A DNA stretch of 48,863 nt from Gammaproteobacteria bacterium (GTDB taxonomy: Bacteria; Pseudomonadota; Gammaproteobacteria; JBAYZB01): positions 1-48,863 of the forward strand of contig JBAYZB010000001.1 of the NCBI GenBank assembly GCA_041672765.1. Direction: 5' to 3'. Every line of letters begins with the position of its first letter. Within the stretch, counting starts at the first letter, position 1. The notes beneath the pieces are model-generated. The model searched no databases. It had not been told where the DNA came from and saw nothing but the letters and a program-made list of their open reading frames with translations. This document shows, in pieces, positions 17,381 to 28,098 of this stretch. The position numbers and the translations under genes were made by a program.

Positions 17381-18115
17381 TTGACTGTTTTGGTTCGGAC
17401 AGACAATAGCCTGGACGCGAACCCCGCGCTCATCCTCGGCGCCCGGGGCTGGGAGCACGCCGGGTGGGATGGTGTGTTCTATCCCGCGGACCTTCCGCCC
17501 GAGTGGCGGCTCGCCTACTACGCCAACGAATTCCAAACGGTGCTGGTGCCGGAGGAGTGCTGGCGGGACTGCACGCCGGCGCAGGTGGCCGGTTGGGGAG
17601 CCGATGTGCGGCCGGGATTCTCCTTTTTTCTGGAGCTGACGTGCGATCCGGCGCGCGCGGCGGCTTTCGTGGACGACTGCGCGGCGTTGCGGGAGCGCTG
17701 CGCCGCGCTGGCGGAGCGGATGGGCGGTCTGATCCTGCGGTTTGCGCGTCTGCCGGCGCCCCGGGAGCTGGAGGCGCTTCCCGCCTGTCTGCCGGCGCTT
17801 CATCCGGTCAGCCTGGTGCTGCCGGACGGCGTGTCGCCGCCCGAGGCGTCGGCCCCGTTGATGTGGTCCGGTGCAGCGCCGTGCTGGATGCCGGGGCGGG
17901 GCCTGGGCAAGAGCGGGACAGGGCTGATGACAATTGAGGACGGGAAATACACGCAGCGTGGGCTGCGCCGGGAGGTTGAATCCTTCCTGAAGCAGGCGCG
18001 GGGGGTGGAGCGTGCGTTCCTGTTTTTTCAGGGCGATCCGCCGGGGGTTCAGGCTTTGCGGGATGCGGCGGTGATGGCGGAGCTTCTGGGGCATCCGCTC
18101 GCCGTCGGCGGTTGA
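17381..18115 (+). CDS. DUF72 (UPF0759) family protein, divergent
   Basis: LGARGWEHAGWDGVFYP...LAYYANEFQTV...RPGFSFFLE fits the DUF72 G..GW...W.G.FYP / YYA..F.TV / PGF.F pattern. There is no ATG; start is TTG 17381 or TTG 17390 after GGAGG. Confidence 0.6.
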   Translation: MTVLVRTDNSLDANPALILGARGWEHAGWDGVFYPADLPPEWRLAYYANEFQTVLVPEECWRDCTPAQVAGWGADVRPGFSFFLELTCDPARAAAFVDDCAALRERCAALAERMGGLILRFARLPAPRELEALPACLPALHPVSLVLPDGVSPPEASAPLMWSGAAPCWMPGRGLGKSGTGLMTIEDGKYTQRGLRREVESFLKQARGVERAFLFFQGDPPGVQALRDAAVMAELLGHPLAVGG

Positions 18116-18211
18116 CTCGCAAAACGATCTTGCGGACACTAGCCCGCTTGGGCTTTTCGAGTCCTCTCTTTTACGCTGCAGGGTTCGCATGGCTGAGTGC
18201 CGGAACTATCG

Positions 18212-19033
18212 ATGACCGCTCCCAATAACGACGAAGGTGATCCACTGGTCCGGATCCGCGGCTTGCGCTTCCTGCGCGGCAGCAGGGTGATCTTCGGCGG
18301 GGTCGATATCGATATCCCCCGCGGCAAGGTCACGGCCATCATGGGGCCGAGCGGCACCGGCAAGACCACGCTGTTGCGCCTGATCGGCGGGCAGTTGCGG
18401 CCCGCGGCGGGGAGCATCCTGGTGGACGGTCAGGATGTGCCCAGTCTGTCTCGGGACGGGTTGTACGCATTGCGCAAGCGCGTGGGCATGCTGTTCCAGA
18501 GCGGGGCGTTGCTGACGGATCTGAGCGTCTTCGAAAACGTGGCCTTTCCCCTGCGCGAGCACACGCGCCTGCCCGAGTCCATGATCCGCGATCTGGTGTT
18601 GATGAAGCTGCAGGCGGTGGGGTTGCGCGGTGCGCGCGATCTCATGCCCAGCCAACTCTCCGGCGGCATGGCGCGGCGGGTGGCGATTGCGCGGGCCATC
18701 GCGCTGGACCCGATGATGATCATGTACGACGAGCCCTTTACCGGGCAGGACCCCATCTCCATGGGGGTGGTGGTGCAGTTGATCCGCCTGCTCAACGACG
18801 CGCTTGGGCTCACCAGCATCATCGTCTCCCACGACGTGCACGAAGTGAGCGCCATCGCCGATTGTATCTACGTGCTCTCGGAGGGCAGAGTGGTCGAGCA
18901 CGGCACGCCGGAGGAGTTGCGGCATTCGCAGTCTGAATGGGTGCGGCAGTTCATGCAGGGGCTGCCGGACGGGCCGGTGCCGTTCCACTATCCGGCATGC
19001 GATTATGGGGAAGACCTGCTCGCTGGCGCCTAG
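18212..19033 (+). CDS. mlaF: Phospholipid ABC transporter ATP-binding protein MlaF
   Basis: [20 protein letters not shown] Walker A and [15 protein letters not shown] signature. An alternative GTG start lies at 18197. Confidence 0.9.
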   Translation: MTAPNNDEGDPLVRIRGLRFLRGSRVIFGGVDIDIPRGKVTAIMGPSGTGKTTLLRLIGGQLRPAAGSILVDGQDVPSLSRDGLYALRKRVGMLFQSGALLTDLSVFENVAFPLREHTRLPESMIRDLVLMKLQAVGLRGARDLMPSQLSGGMARRVAIARAIALDPMMIMYDEPFTGQDPISMGVVVQLIRLLNDALGLTSIIVSHDVHEVSAIADCIYVLSEGRVVEHGTPEELRHSQSEWVRQFMQGLPDGPVPFHYPACDYGEDLLAGA

Positions 19034-19068
19034 GGCGGGGGGAATACGCAAGGGGTGTTGGTGGCATC

Positions 19069-19851
19069 ATGACGCAGTGGTTACAGTACCTGGGCCGCAC
19101 CGCGCTGGGATTCCTGGAGCGCCTGGGGCGGGCGCACATCCTGCTGCTGCGCATGTTGCTGGGGCTGCCGAGCCTGCTGCCGCGGTTTCGCCTGGTCATC
19201 GTGCAGATGCGCTCGGTGGGCGTGCTGTCCCTGGTCATCATCGTGGTTTCCGGCGTGTTCGTGGGCATGGTGCTGGGATTGCAGGGTTACAACACGCTGG
19301 TGGATTTCGGGTCCGAGCAGTCGCTGGGCGTGGTGGTGGCCCTCACGCTGGTGCGTGAGCTGGGACCGGTGGTGGCGGCGCTGCTGTTCGCCGGTCGTGC
19401 GGGTTCCGCCCTGACGGCGGAAATCGGCCTGATGAAGGCGACCGAGCAGTTGTCGGGCATGGAGATGATGGCGGTGGATCCGCTGCGCCGCGTGTTGGCG
19501 CCGCGGCTGCTGGCCGGTTTTTTCTCGATGCCGTTGCTGGCCGCGATCTTCACCGCGGTGGGCGTGCTGGGGGGGTATTTCGTCGGAGTCGGGCTGCTGG
19601 GGGTCGATTCCGGGGCCTTCTGGTCCCAGATGCAGGCCAAGGTGGATTGGTACGAGGATGTGCTGAACGGGGTTATCAAGAGCCTCGTTTTCGGTTTCGT
19701 GGCGAGCTGGATCGCCGTGTTCGAGGGCTATGACGCGGATCCCACTTCCGAGGGTGTGAGCCGTGCGACCACGCGCACCGTGGTCCATACCTCGCTCGCC
19801 GTGCTGGGGCTGGACTTTGTGCTGACCGCGCTGATGTTCGGGGATCTGTAG
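19069..19851 (+). CDS. mlaE: Phospholipid ABC transporter permease MlaE
   Basis: 260 aa polytopic protein. [37 protein letters not shown] is the conserved MlaE block. Confidence 0.9.
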   Translation: MTQWLQYLGRTALGFLERLGRAHILLLRMLLGLPSLLPRFRLVIVQMRSVGVLSLVIIVVSGVFVGMVLGLQGYNTLVDFGSEQSLGVVVALTLVRELGPVVAALLFAGRAGSALTAEIGLMKATEQLSGMEMMAVDPLRRVLAPRLLAGFFSMPLLAAIFTAVGVLGGYFVGVGLLGVDSGAFWSQMQAKVDWYEDVLNGVIKSLVFGFVASWIAVFEGYDADPTSEGVSRATTRTVVHTSLAVLGLDFVLTALMFGDL

Positions 19852-19856
19852 AGACG

Positions 19857-20348
19857 ATGGAAACGAGGACACTGGAAATTGGGGTCGGGGCGTTCGTCGC
19901 GGCAGGGCTTGCGGCGCTCTTCATGCTGGCGATGCAAGTGAGCAACCTGAGCGGCTTCAGCATCGATGAGCGAAGCTCCTACACGCTTACCGCGCGTTTC
20001 GATAACGTCGGCGGGCTCAAGGTGCGCGCGCCGGTGAGCATGGCGGGCGTGCAGATCGGCCGCGTCGTGGCGATCGACGTGAATCAGGATACCTACGAGG
20101 CCGAGGTCCGCCTTGCTATCCTCAACAAATACAATCGCTTGCCAGAAGATTCGTCGGCGAGCATCTTCACCGCCGGCCTGTTGGGCGAACAGTACATCGG
20201 CTTGGAGGCGGGCGGTTCCGAGCGCTATCTCCAGGACGGCGACCGGATCAGGCTGACACAATCGGCGCTGGTGCTGGAGCAGATCATCGGGCAGTTCCTG
20301 TTCGGCAAGGCCGCGGAAGGGATAAGCCAACCGGCGGAGAAGGAGTAG
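19857..20348 (+). CDS. mlaD: Outer membrane lipid asymmetry protein MlaD (MCE domain)
   Basis: METRTLEIGVGAFVAAGLAALFMLA anchor, then the MCE block FDNVGGLKVRAPVSMAGVQIGRV. Confidence 0.9.
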   Translation: METRTLEIGVGAFVAAGLAALFMLAMQVSNLSGFSIDERSSYTLTARFDNVGGLKVRAPVSMAGVQIGRVVAIDVNQDTYEAEVRLAILNKYNRLPEDSSASIFTAGLLGEQYIGLEAGGSERYLQDGDRIRLTQSALVLEQIIGQFLFGKAAEGISQPAEKE

Positions 20349-20377
20349 AGCAGGGATATCGTGAGGGAGATGAGCCT

Positions 20378-20989
20378 ATGAAACGTTTCGTTGTCACGCT
20401 TTTCCTGAGTGCGGTTTCGTTCCTGGCTGCGGCCGCTCAGCCCGCTCAACAGTTGGTCCAGGAAACGTCGGAGCGGATGCTCGCGACGCTGAAGGCCGAG
20501 CGCGAGGCCATCCAGAAGAACCCGGATCGGCTTTATGAACTGGTGCGGGAGATCGTGCTGCCGCACTTCGATTTCGAACAGATGTCGCGGCTGGTGCTCG
20601 GCAAGAACTGGCGCAAGGCGACTCCGGAGCAGCGCGAGCGGTTCGTGCAGGAGTTCCAGATCCTGCTGGTGCGCACCTACGGCACGGCCTTGAACGAATA
20701 CCGGGACGAGAAGATCGTGTACCTGCCGCTGCGGCAGCAGCCGGACGCCAAGGAGGTAACCGTGCGCACCGAGGTGCAGCGGACCGGCGCCCCGCCGATT
20801 CCGATCGATTACAGCATGGTGCTCGAGGACGGGCAGTGGAAGGTGTACGACGTCACCATCGAAGGCGTCAGCCTGGTGCTGAATTATCGGACGAGCTTCG
20901 CCAGCGAGATCCGGCAGGGTGGGTTCGACCTGCTTCTCAAGAAGCTCATCGAGCGCAATCAAAAACCCGTGACGCAATCCCCTGCATGA
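20378..20989 (+). CDS. mlaC: Phospholipid-binding periplasmic protein MlaC (Ttg2D-like)
   Basis: Signal peptide, then IVLPHFDFEQMSRLVLGKNWRKATPEQRERFVQEF. Confidence 0.88.
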   Translation: MKRFVVTLFLSAVSFLAAAAQPAQQLVQETSERMLATLKAEREAIQKNPDRLYELVREIVLPHFDFEQMSRLVLGKNWRKATPEQRERFVQEFQILLVRTYGTALNEYRDEKIVYLPLRQQPDAKEVTVRTEVQRTGAPPIPIDYSMVLEDGQWKVYDVTIEGVSLVLNYRTSFASEIRQGGFDLLLKKLIERNQKPVTQSPA

Positions 20990-21294
20990 GTGCGGCGCAT
21001 CTTGACCCGGCTGGAGACGGCCACTTTCGGTTGGCGGGGGTACTGAGCTTTGCCACCGTGCCCGGGCTTTGGCAGCAAACGCGCGGGCTGTTTGCCGGGC
21101 AGGCGGCGGTAAAGATCGACCTGCGCGGTGTGGAGCGCTCCGACAGCGCCGGCCTCGCCCTGCTGGTCGAGTGGATGCGGGAGGCCGAGCGGCATAAGAC
21201 ACGGCTCCAGTTCGTCAACATGCCCAGTCAGATGCTGGCCATTGCGCGCGTCAGCGGCCTGGATCACATCCTTCCCCTGTCCCGGGAAGAATAA
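20986..21294 (+). CDS. mlaB: STAS-domain protein MlaB
   Basis: 102 aa. VERSDSAGLALLVEWMREA is STAS-like. ATG 20986 overlaps the mlaC stop (ATGA). Confidence 0.8.
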   Translation: MSAAHLDPAGDGHFRLAGVLSFATVPGLWQQTRGLFAGQAAVKIDLRGVERSDSAGLALLVEWMREAERHKTRLQFVNMPSQMLAIARVSGLDHILPLSREE

Positions 21295-21320
21295 CGGGCT
21301 CGGGGCGCGTGATACGCGCC

Positions 21321-22304
21321 ATGGCCTGCGAGCATGAACATCGAAGAGATCGGCAGCAGACATTGATAACCCTCGATCCGGCGGTGTGCGCCGTAACCAT
21401 CGACAACGTGCACAAGCGCTTTGGGCAGGTTGCAGCCCTGTGCGGGGTGACGTTCGACATCGCCCGCGGCGAGTTCTTCGGCCTGCTCGGGCCGAACGGC
21501 GCGGGCAAATCGACTCTCATCAACATCATGGCGGGCCTGGTCCGGGCCGATGCCGGGCGGGTGCGGGTGATGGGGCACGACGTGGTGCGTGCGTACCGGC
21601 GCGCGCGCGCCGCGCTGGGCGTGGTGCCGCAGGAACTGGTCTATGACCCGTTCTTCTCCGTGCGGGAGATCCTGCGTCTGCAGTCGGGCTACTTCGGGTG
21701 GGGCAAGGAAAACGAGCCCTGGATCGAGGAGCTGCTCGAAACCCTCGATCTCGCCCCCAAGGCCGATGCCAACCTGCAGCAACTTTCCGGGGGCATGAAA
21801 CGCCGCGTGCTGATCGCCCAGGCGCTGGTGCACCGGCCGCAGGTGGTGGTGCTCGACGAGCCGACCGCGGGCGTCGACGTGGAGTTGCGCAAGGCTCTTT
21901 GGGAGTTTGCCCGCCGCCTGCACCGGGACGGCCACACCATCGTCCTGACGACCCACTATCTGGAGGAGGCGGAGAGCCTCTGCGACCGCATCGCGATCCT
22001 GCATCACGGCCAGGTCCGGGCCTTGGATACCAAGCACGGGTTGCTGGCGCGGCACCCCTATCGCCTGCTGTGCCTGACGGTGGCCGACGAGCACGTACGC
22101 CTGCCGGAATCCCTCGCGCGGTTGATCACGGCGCGGGAAGGGAACCGGATAACCCTGCGCCTGCACCGGCTGGACGACCAGATCGGCGGCATTCTGAACA
22201 CGCTCCATGCCGCCGGGATCGCCGTGGCGGACCTTCACACCCGGGACCCCGGCCTGGAGGACGTTTTCCTGGAGCTGACCGCGCGGGAGGAGGAGGCCGC
22301 ATGA
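21321..22304 (+). CDS. ABC transporter ATP-binding protein (ABC-2 / YadG-like)
   Basis: [29 protein letters not shown] and VVVLDEPTAGVD motifs. The start is uncertain: GTG 21309, ATG 21321 or TTG 21363. Confidence 0.88.
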   Translation: MACEHEHRRDRQQTLITLDPAVCAVTIDNVHKRFGQVAALCGVTFDIARGEFFGLLGPNGAGKSTLINIMAGLVRADAGRVRVMGHDVVRAYRRARAALGVVPQELVYDPFFSVREILRLQSGYFGWGKENEPWIEELLETLDLAPKADANLQQLSGGMKRRVLIAQALVHRPQVVVLDEPTAGVDVELRKALWEFARRLHRDGHTIVLTTHYLEEAESLCDRIAILHHGQVRALDTKHGLLARHPYRLLCLTVADEHVRLPESLARLITAREGNRITLRLHRLDDQIGGILNTLHAAGIAVADLHTRDPGLEDVFLELTAREEEAA

Positions 22305-23068
22305 GCGTCAATTGGCGCGGTCTCTACACCCTGTTCATGAAGGAGGTCATGCGCTTCCTGAAGGTCACGGTGCAGACCCTGATGACGCCGGTGGTGACGG
22401 CGCTGCTGTATCTGCTGGTGTTCACCCACGTGCTACAGGAGCACGTGGAGGTCTATCCTGGGATCTCCTACACCGCGTTCCTGGTTCCGGGGCTGGTGAT
22501 CATGACCGTCATCCAGAATGCCTTTGCCAACAGCTCATCCAGCCTGATCCAGTCCAAGATGACGGGCAACCTGGTGTTTCTGCTGCTGGCTCCGATTTCG
22601 GGGACGGAGTTCTATCTGGCGTTCGTGGCGGCGGCGGTGGTGCGCGGGTTGATGGTGGGGCTGGGCGTGTATCTCGTGGCCGGCCCGCTGCAAGGCGTCC
22701 CGCTCCACAGCCCCGGGGTGGTGCTCGCGTTCGCGATCCTGAGCAGCGCAGTGCTGGGTGGGCTGGGGGTGATCGCAGGGATCTGGGCCGAGAAGTTCGA
22801 ACAGTTGGCGGCCTTCCAGAATTTCGTCATCCTGCCCCTGTCCTTCCTTAGCGGGGTGTTCTATTCCATCCACACCCTTCCCGATTTTTGGCAGGAAGTT
22901 TCCCGTTTCAACCCGTTTTTCTATATGATTGACGGCTTCCGTCACGGGTTCCTCGGGGTATCGGACGTCTCGCCCTGGCTCAGCTTGGGTGTGACGGTCG
23001 GTTTTTTCGCGGCAATATCGGGTATCTGCCTGATAATGCTGCATCGGGGCTATAAGATCCGCCGCTGA
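22301..23068 (+). CDS. ABC-2 type transporter permease (YadH-like)
   Basis: 255 aa with about six hydrophobic segments. ATG 22301 overlaps the ATPase stop (ATGA). Confidence 0.85.
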   Translation: MSVNWRGLYTLFMKEVMRFLKVTVQTLMTPVVTALLYLLVFTHVLQEHVEVYPGISYTAFLVPGLVIMTVIQNAFANSSSSLIQSKMTGNLVFLLLAPISGTEFYLAFVAAAVVRGLMVGLGVYLVAGPLQGVPLHSPGVVLAFAILSSAVLGGLGVIAGIWAEKFEQLAAFQNFVILPLSFLSGVFYSIHTLPDFWQEVSRFNPFFYMIDGFRHGFLGVSDVSPWLSLGVTVGFFAAISGICLIMLHRGYKIRR

Positions 23069-23108
23069 GCGGCGCAGGGACATGGTTTCGCTTAACGGAG
23101 GTGAATAT

Positions 23109-23351
23109 ATGCAGCCGGAAGATATCAAGCGCTTGATCGAGGCAGGGTTGCCGGGGAGCGAGGCGAGGGTGAGCGGCGATGACGGCACCCATTTCGAGGC
23201 GGTGGTGATCGCGGACGCATTCGAGGGCAAGCGCTCGCTGGAGCGCCATCGGCTGGTGTATGGCGCGCTGGGCGACTTGATGCAGGGGGCAATCCACGCC
23301 CTCTCGATCAAGACCTATACGCCCCAGGAGTGGGCGGCACAGCAAGGTTGA
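23109..23351 (+). CDS. ibaG: BolA family protein IbaG (YrbA)
   Basis: 80 aa. THFEAVVIADAFEGKRSLERHRLVY...IHALSIKTYTPQEW. GGAGG RBS present. Lies immediately upstream of murA. Confidence 0.85.
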   Translation: MQPEDIKRLIEAGLPGSEARVSGDDGTHFEAVVIADAFEGKRSLERHRLVYGALGDLMQGAIHALSIKTYTPQEWAAQQG

Positions 23352-23364
23352 AAACATTCGGTGA

Positions 23365-24639
<1,275 letters not shown>

Positions 24640-24717
24640 GTAACAAACAGCCGGTGACACGTTGCAAGACCTGAGTCGTCACTCGCCGCTTGCCACTTGT
24701 GACTTGCCATTCAGACC

Positions 24718-25368
24718 ATGAACGACAATCTGACCATCGCGCTTTCCAAGGGGCGCATCTTCAAGGAAACCCTGCCGCTGCTGGCCCATGCCGGCATCGT
24801 CCCCGCGGAAGACCCGGAGACCAGCCGCAAGCTGATTCTGGACACCAACCGGCCGGACGTGAAACTGGTGATCATCCGGGCGGCCGATGTGCCTACCTAC
24901 GTGGAATATGGGGCCGCCGATTTAGGAGTGGCCGGCAAGGATGTGCTCATGGAGCATGGCGGCAACGGCCTGTACGAGCCGCTGGACCTGAAGATCGCCC
25001 GCTGCCGCATGATGGTGGCGGGCCCCGCCACCGACGAGCCGCTCCATGAGCGCCTGCGCATCGCCACGAAATACGTGGAAACCACCCGCCGCTATTATGC
25101 GGAGCAGGGCCGGCAGGTGGAGATCATCAAGCTGTACGGCTCCATGGAACTTGCCCCGCTGGTGGGGCTGGCCCATCGTATCGTGGACCTGGTGGACACC
25201 GGCAACACACTGAAGGCCAACGGTCTGGTGCCGCTGGAGCACATTGCCGACATCAGCTCGCGCCTGGTGGTCAACAAGGCCTCCATGAAGATGAAGCACG
25301 CGCGGGTGAAGGAGTTCATCACCCTGCTGGATGAGGCCGTTCGACAGCGTGAACAGCTTGGGAAATAA
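24718..25368 (+). CDS. hisG: ATP phosphoribosyltransferase, short form
   Basis: [18 protein letters not shown]...[10 protein letters not shown]...[13 protein letters not shown]. 216 aa. Confidence 0.93.
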   Translation: MNDNLTIALSKGRIFKETLPLLAHAGIVPAEDPETSRKLILDTNRPDVKLVIIRAADVPTYVEYGAADLGVAGKDVLMEHGGNGLYEPLDLKIARCRMMVAGPATDEPLHERLRIATKYVETTRRYYAEQGRQVEIIKLYGSMELAPLVGLAHRIVDLVDTGNTLKANGLVPLEHIADISSRLVVNKASMKMKHARVKEFITLLDEAVRQREQLGK

Positions 25369-25414
25369 CGGCGGGTGAGCGGCAAGTTCCATTCTTGATA
25401 CCGGGAAGATCGTC

Positions 25415-26719
25415 ATGGTTGATATCAAACGCCTAAGCACTGCAGAACCTGATTTCTGGACACGCCTCGATGGACTTTTGGCGTGGGAAGGGGTGTCGGA
25501 CGAAGAGGTGGTCCGCACCGTACGGACCATTCTCGCGGAGGTACGCCGGCGGGGCGACACGGCGCTGGTGGAATACACCAACCGCTTCGACCGCATGAAC
25601 GCGGCAAGCATGGCCGAGCTGGAGATCCCGAAGAAGCGCCTGCAGGACGCGCTCGCGGGCCTTCCGGTCGAGCAGCGCAATGCCCTGGAGACTTCCGCCG
25701 CGCGGCTGCGAGCCTATGCGGAGCACCAGAAGATCGAGTCCTGGTCCTACGTCGAGTCGGACGGGACGGTGCTGGGCCAGCAGGTCGCCCCGCTGGACCG
25801 GGTGGGGCTGTACGTGCCGGGCGGCAAGGCGGCCTATCCCTCCTCGGTGCTGATGAACGCCATCCCCGCCAAGGTCGCGGGCGTGCGGGAACTCATCATG
25901 GTGGTGCCGACGCCGGATGGGGCGGTGAACGAGCTGGTCTTCGCGGCCGCCGCGATCGCCGGGGTCGACCGGGTATTCGCCGTGGGCGGTGCCCAGGCGG
26001 TGGCGGCGCTCGCCTACGGCACCGAGACGGTGCCGCGGGTGGACAAGATCGTCGGGCCCGGCAACATCTACGTGGCCACCGCCAAGGGGCTGGTGTACGG
26101 CACCGTGGGCATCGACATGATCGCCGGGCCGTCCGAGATCCTGGTGGTCTGCGATGGCCAGACCGATCCCGACTGGATCGCCATGGATCTTTTCTCCCAG
26201 GCCGAGCACGACGAGGACGCCCAGGCCATCCTGGTGTGCCCGGACGCGGCCTACCTGGACCAGGTCAAGGCCAGCATCGATCGGCTCCTGCCCGGCATGG
26301 AGCGGGCCGACATCATCCGCGCCTCCTTGAGCAGCCGCGGCGCGCTGATCCAGGTGAAGGATCTGGCCGAGGCGGTCGAGGTGGCCAACTTCATCGCACC
26401 CGAACACCTGGAGCTCTCGGTGGCGGATCCAGACAGCATGGTCAGGCAGATCCGCCATGCTGGCGCCATCTTCATGGGGCGCTACACGGCGGAGGCGGTG
26501 GGCGATTACTGCGCCGGCCCCAACCACGTGTTGCCCACCTCGCGCACGGCCCGCTTCTCCTCGCCGCTGGGCGTGTACGACTTCCAGAAGCGCTCCAGCA
26601 TCATCCGTTGTTCGGCGCAGGGGGCCTCGGTGCTGGGCGCGACCGCCAGCGTGCTGGCCCGGGGAGAGGGGCTCACGGCCCACGCGCGTTCGGCCGAGTA
26701 TCGGATCAAGAAGCAGTAG
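25415..26719 (+). CDS. hisD: Histidinol dehydrogenase
   Basis: 434 aa. [13 protein letters not shown] and APEHLEL blocks are conserved. Confidence 0.95.
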   Translation: MVDIKRLSTAEPDFWTRLDGLLAWEGVSDEEVVRTVRTILAEVRRRGDTALVEYTNRFDRMNAASMAELEIPKKRLQDALAGLPVEQRNALETSAARLRAYAEHQKIESWSYVESDGTVLGQQVAPLDRVGLYVPGGKAAYPSSVLMNAIPAKVAGVRELIMVVPTPDGAVNELVFAAAAIAGVDRVFAVGGAQAVAALAYGTETVPRVDKIVGPGNIYVATAKGLVYGTVGIDMIAGPSEILVVCDGQTDPDWIAMDLFSQAEHDEDAQAILVCPDAAYLDQVKASIDRLLPGMERADIIRASLSSRGALIQVKDLAEAVEVANFIAPEHLELSVADPDSMVRQIRHAGAIFMGRYTAEAVGDYCAGPNHVLPTSRTARFSSPLGVYDFQKRSSIIRCSAQGASVLGATASVLARGEGLTAHARSAEYRIKKQ

Positions 26720-26768
26720 CGGCGGAGAAGGCGGGCCCGTCGCTCAGTGAGACGGGGCAGTCAACTCC

Positions 26769-26880
26769 TAACGCAAAGGCGTCAAGGCGCAAAGATGATC
26801 GAATGGAAGCCCGTGGGTATTGCGTCCAGGCCATGAATCATTGCGCTTTATTTTGTGTTAGGCCGTCTTACGGCAGTTGC
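26769..26880. repeat. Degenerate, rearranged copy C of the dispersed repeat in the hisD-hisC spacer
   Basis: TAACGCAAAGGCGTCAAGGCGCAAAG at the left, CATGAATCATTGCGCTTT near the right, and TTACGGCAG displaced relative to copies A and B. Confidence 0.5.
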
Positions 26881-26939
26881 AGGGCGCTCGCCGCGCTGGT
26901 GGTATTTGACTCTGTGATGAAGGGCGGTCATCGCCCCGG

Positions 26940-28031
26940 ATGGGTATGGCACAGCACACTGACAAGATAACCCAGTGGATACGCCCCGAGATCCGCGCCA
27001 TCGCCGCGTACCACGTACCGGACGCCAGCGGCCTGATCAAACTGGACGCCATGGAAAATCCCTACACCTGGCCCGAATGGCTGGTGGACGCCTGGCTTGA
27101 ACAGTTGCGCGCGGTGGGCCTGAACCGCTATCCCGACCCGGCGGCGCGGCAGTTGAAGGTCCGGCTGCGCGAGGCGATGGGCATCCCGGCGGGCATGGAG
27201 GTGCTGCTCGGCAACGGTTCGGACGAACTGATCCAGATGATCGCCCTGGCGGTGGCCCGACCCGGCCGTGTGGTGCTGGCGCCCGAGCCGGGTTTCGTCA
27301 TGTACCGCATGATCGCGGGGCTGGCGGGCATGGAGTACGTGGGCGTGCCGCTGCGCGCGGGCGATTTCGGTCTGTACATGCCGGCCATGCGCGAGGCCAT
27401 CCGCCGCCACCAGCCGGCGGTGGTGTTCCTGGCCTACCCCAACAACCCCACCGGTAATCTGTTCGGGCGGGACGAGATCCGGGAGATCGTCGAGCTGAGC
27501 CCCGGCCTGGTGATCGTGGACGAGGCCTACGCGCCCTTCGCGGACGAGACGTTCATGGGCGAACTGGGCAAGCACGATAACCTGCTGGTCATGCGCACGG
27601 TGTCGAAGATGGGGCTCGCGGGCCTGCGCCTGGGGCTGCTGGCGGGTCCCAAGGCGTGGCTGGACGAGGTGGACAAGGCCCGCCTGCCCTACAACATCAA
27701 TGTCCTGACCCAGGCCAGTGCCGATTTCGCCCTGAAGCACCACGACGTGTTCGACGAGCAGACGCGCCGCATCTGCGCCGACCGGGAGTGGCTGTTCGGC
27801 AAGCTGCGTGACATGCCGGGACTGACGGTCTACCCCAGCCGGGCGAATTTCATCCTGTTCCGCGTGCCGGCCGGTCGGGCCGACGCCATCTTCGCCGGCC
27901 TGAAGGAGGCGGGGGTGCTGGTGAAGAACCTCAACGGCGCCGGCGGGCCGCTGACCGATTGCCTGCGGGTCACGGTGGGAGCGCCGGAGGAAAACGCGGC
28001 ATTCCTTGATGCCCTGACCTCACAACTGTAG
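26940..28031 (+). CDS. hisC: Histidinol-phosphate aminotransferase
   Basis: 363 aa. YPDP, NPNNPTG-like YPNNPTGN, and RTVSKMGLAGLRLG (PLP-binding Lys). Confidence 0.93.
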   Translation: MGMAQHTDKITQWIRPEIRAIAAYHVPDASGLIKLDAMENPYTWPEWLVDAWLEQLRAVGLNRYPDPAARQLKVRLREAMGIPAGMEVLLGNGSDELIQMIALAVARPGRVVLAPEPGFVMYRMIAGLAGMEYVGVPLRAGDFGLYMPAMREAIRRHQPAVVFLAYPNNPTGNLFGRDEIREIVELSPGLVIVDEAYAPFADETFMGELGKHDNLLVMRTVSKMGLAGLRLGLLAGPKAWLDEVDKARLPYNINVLTQASADFALKHHDVFDEQTRRICADREWLFGKLRDMPGLTVYPSRANFILFRVPAGRADAIFAGLKEAGVLVKNLNGAGGPLTDCLRVTVGAPEENAAFLDALTSQL

Positions 28032-28098
28032 GAGCGGCTCTGCCGCGCACCAGTAATCGCTTTGGAGCGCGTCCCCTCCTGGAACCTCGTCCGGCAAT

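Noticed and set aside
16707-17384. Plus-strand ORFs 16707..16952 (81 aa) and 17118..17384 (88 aa) in the DJ-1 to DUF72 gap.
   Set aside because: They have no RBS, no motifs and an Arg/Pro/Ala-rich composition. The second starts inside repeat copy B. I treat the region as non-coding or remnant DNA.
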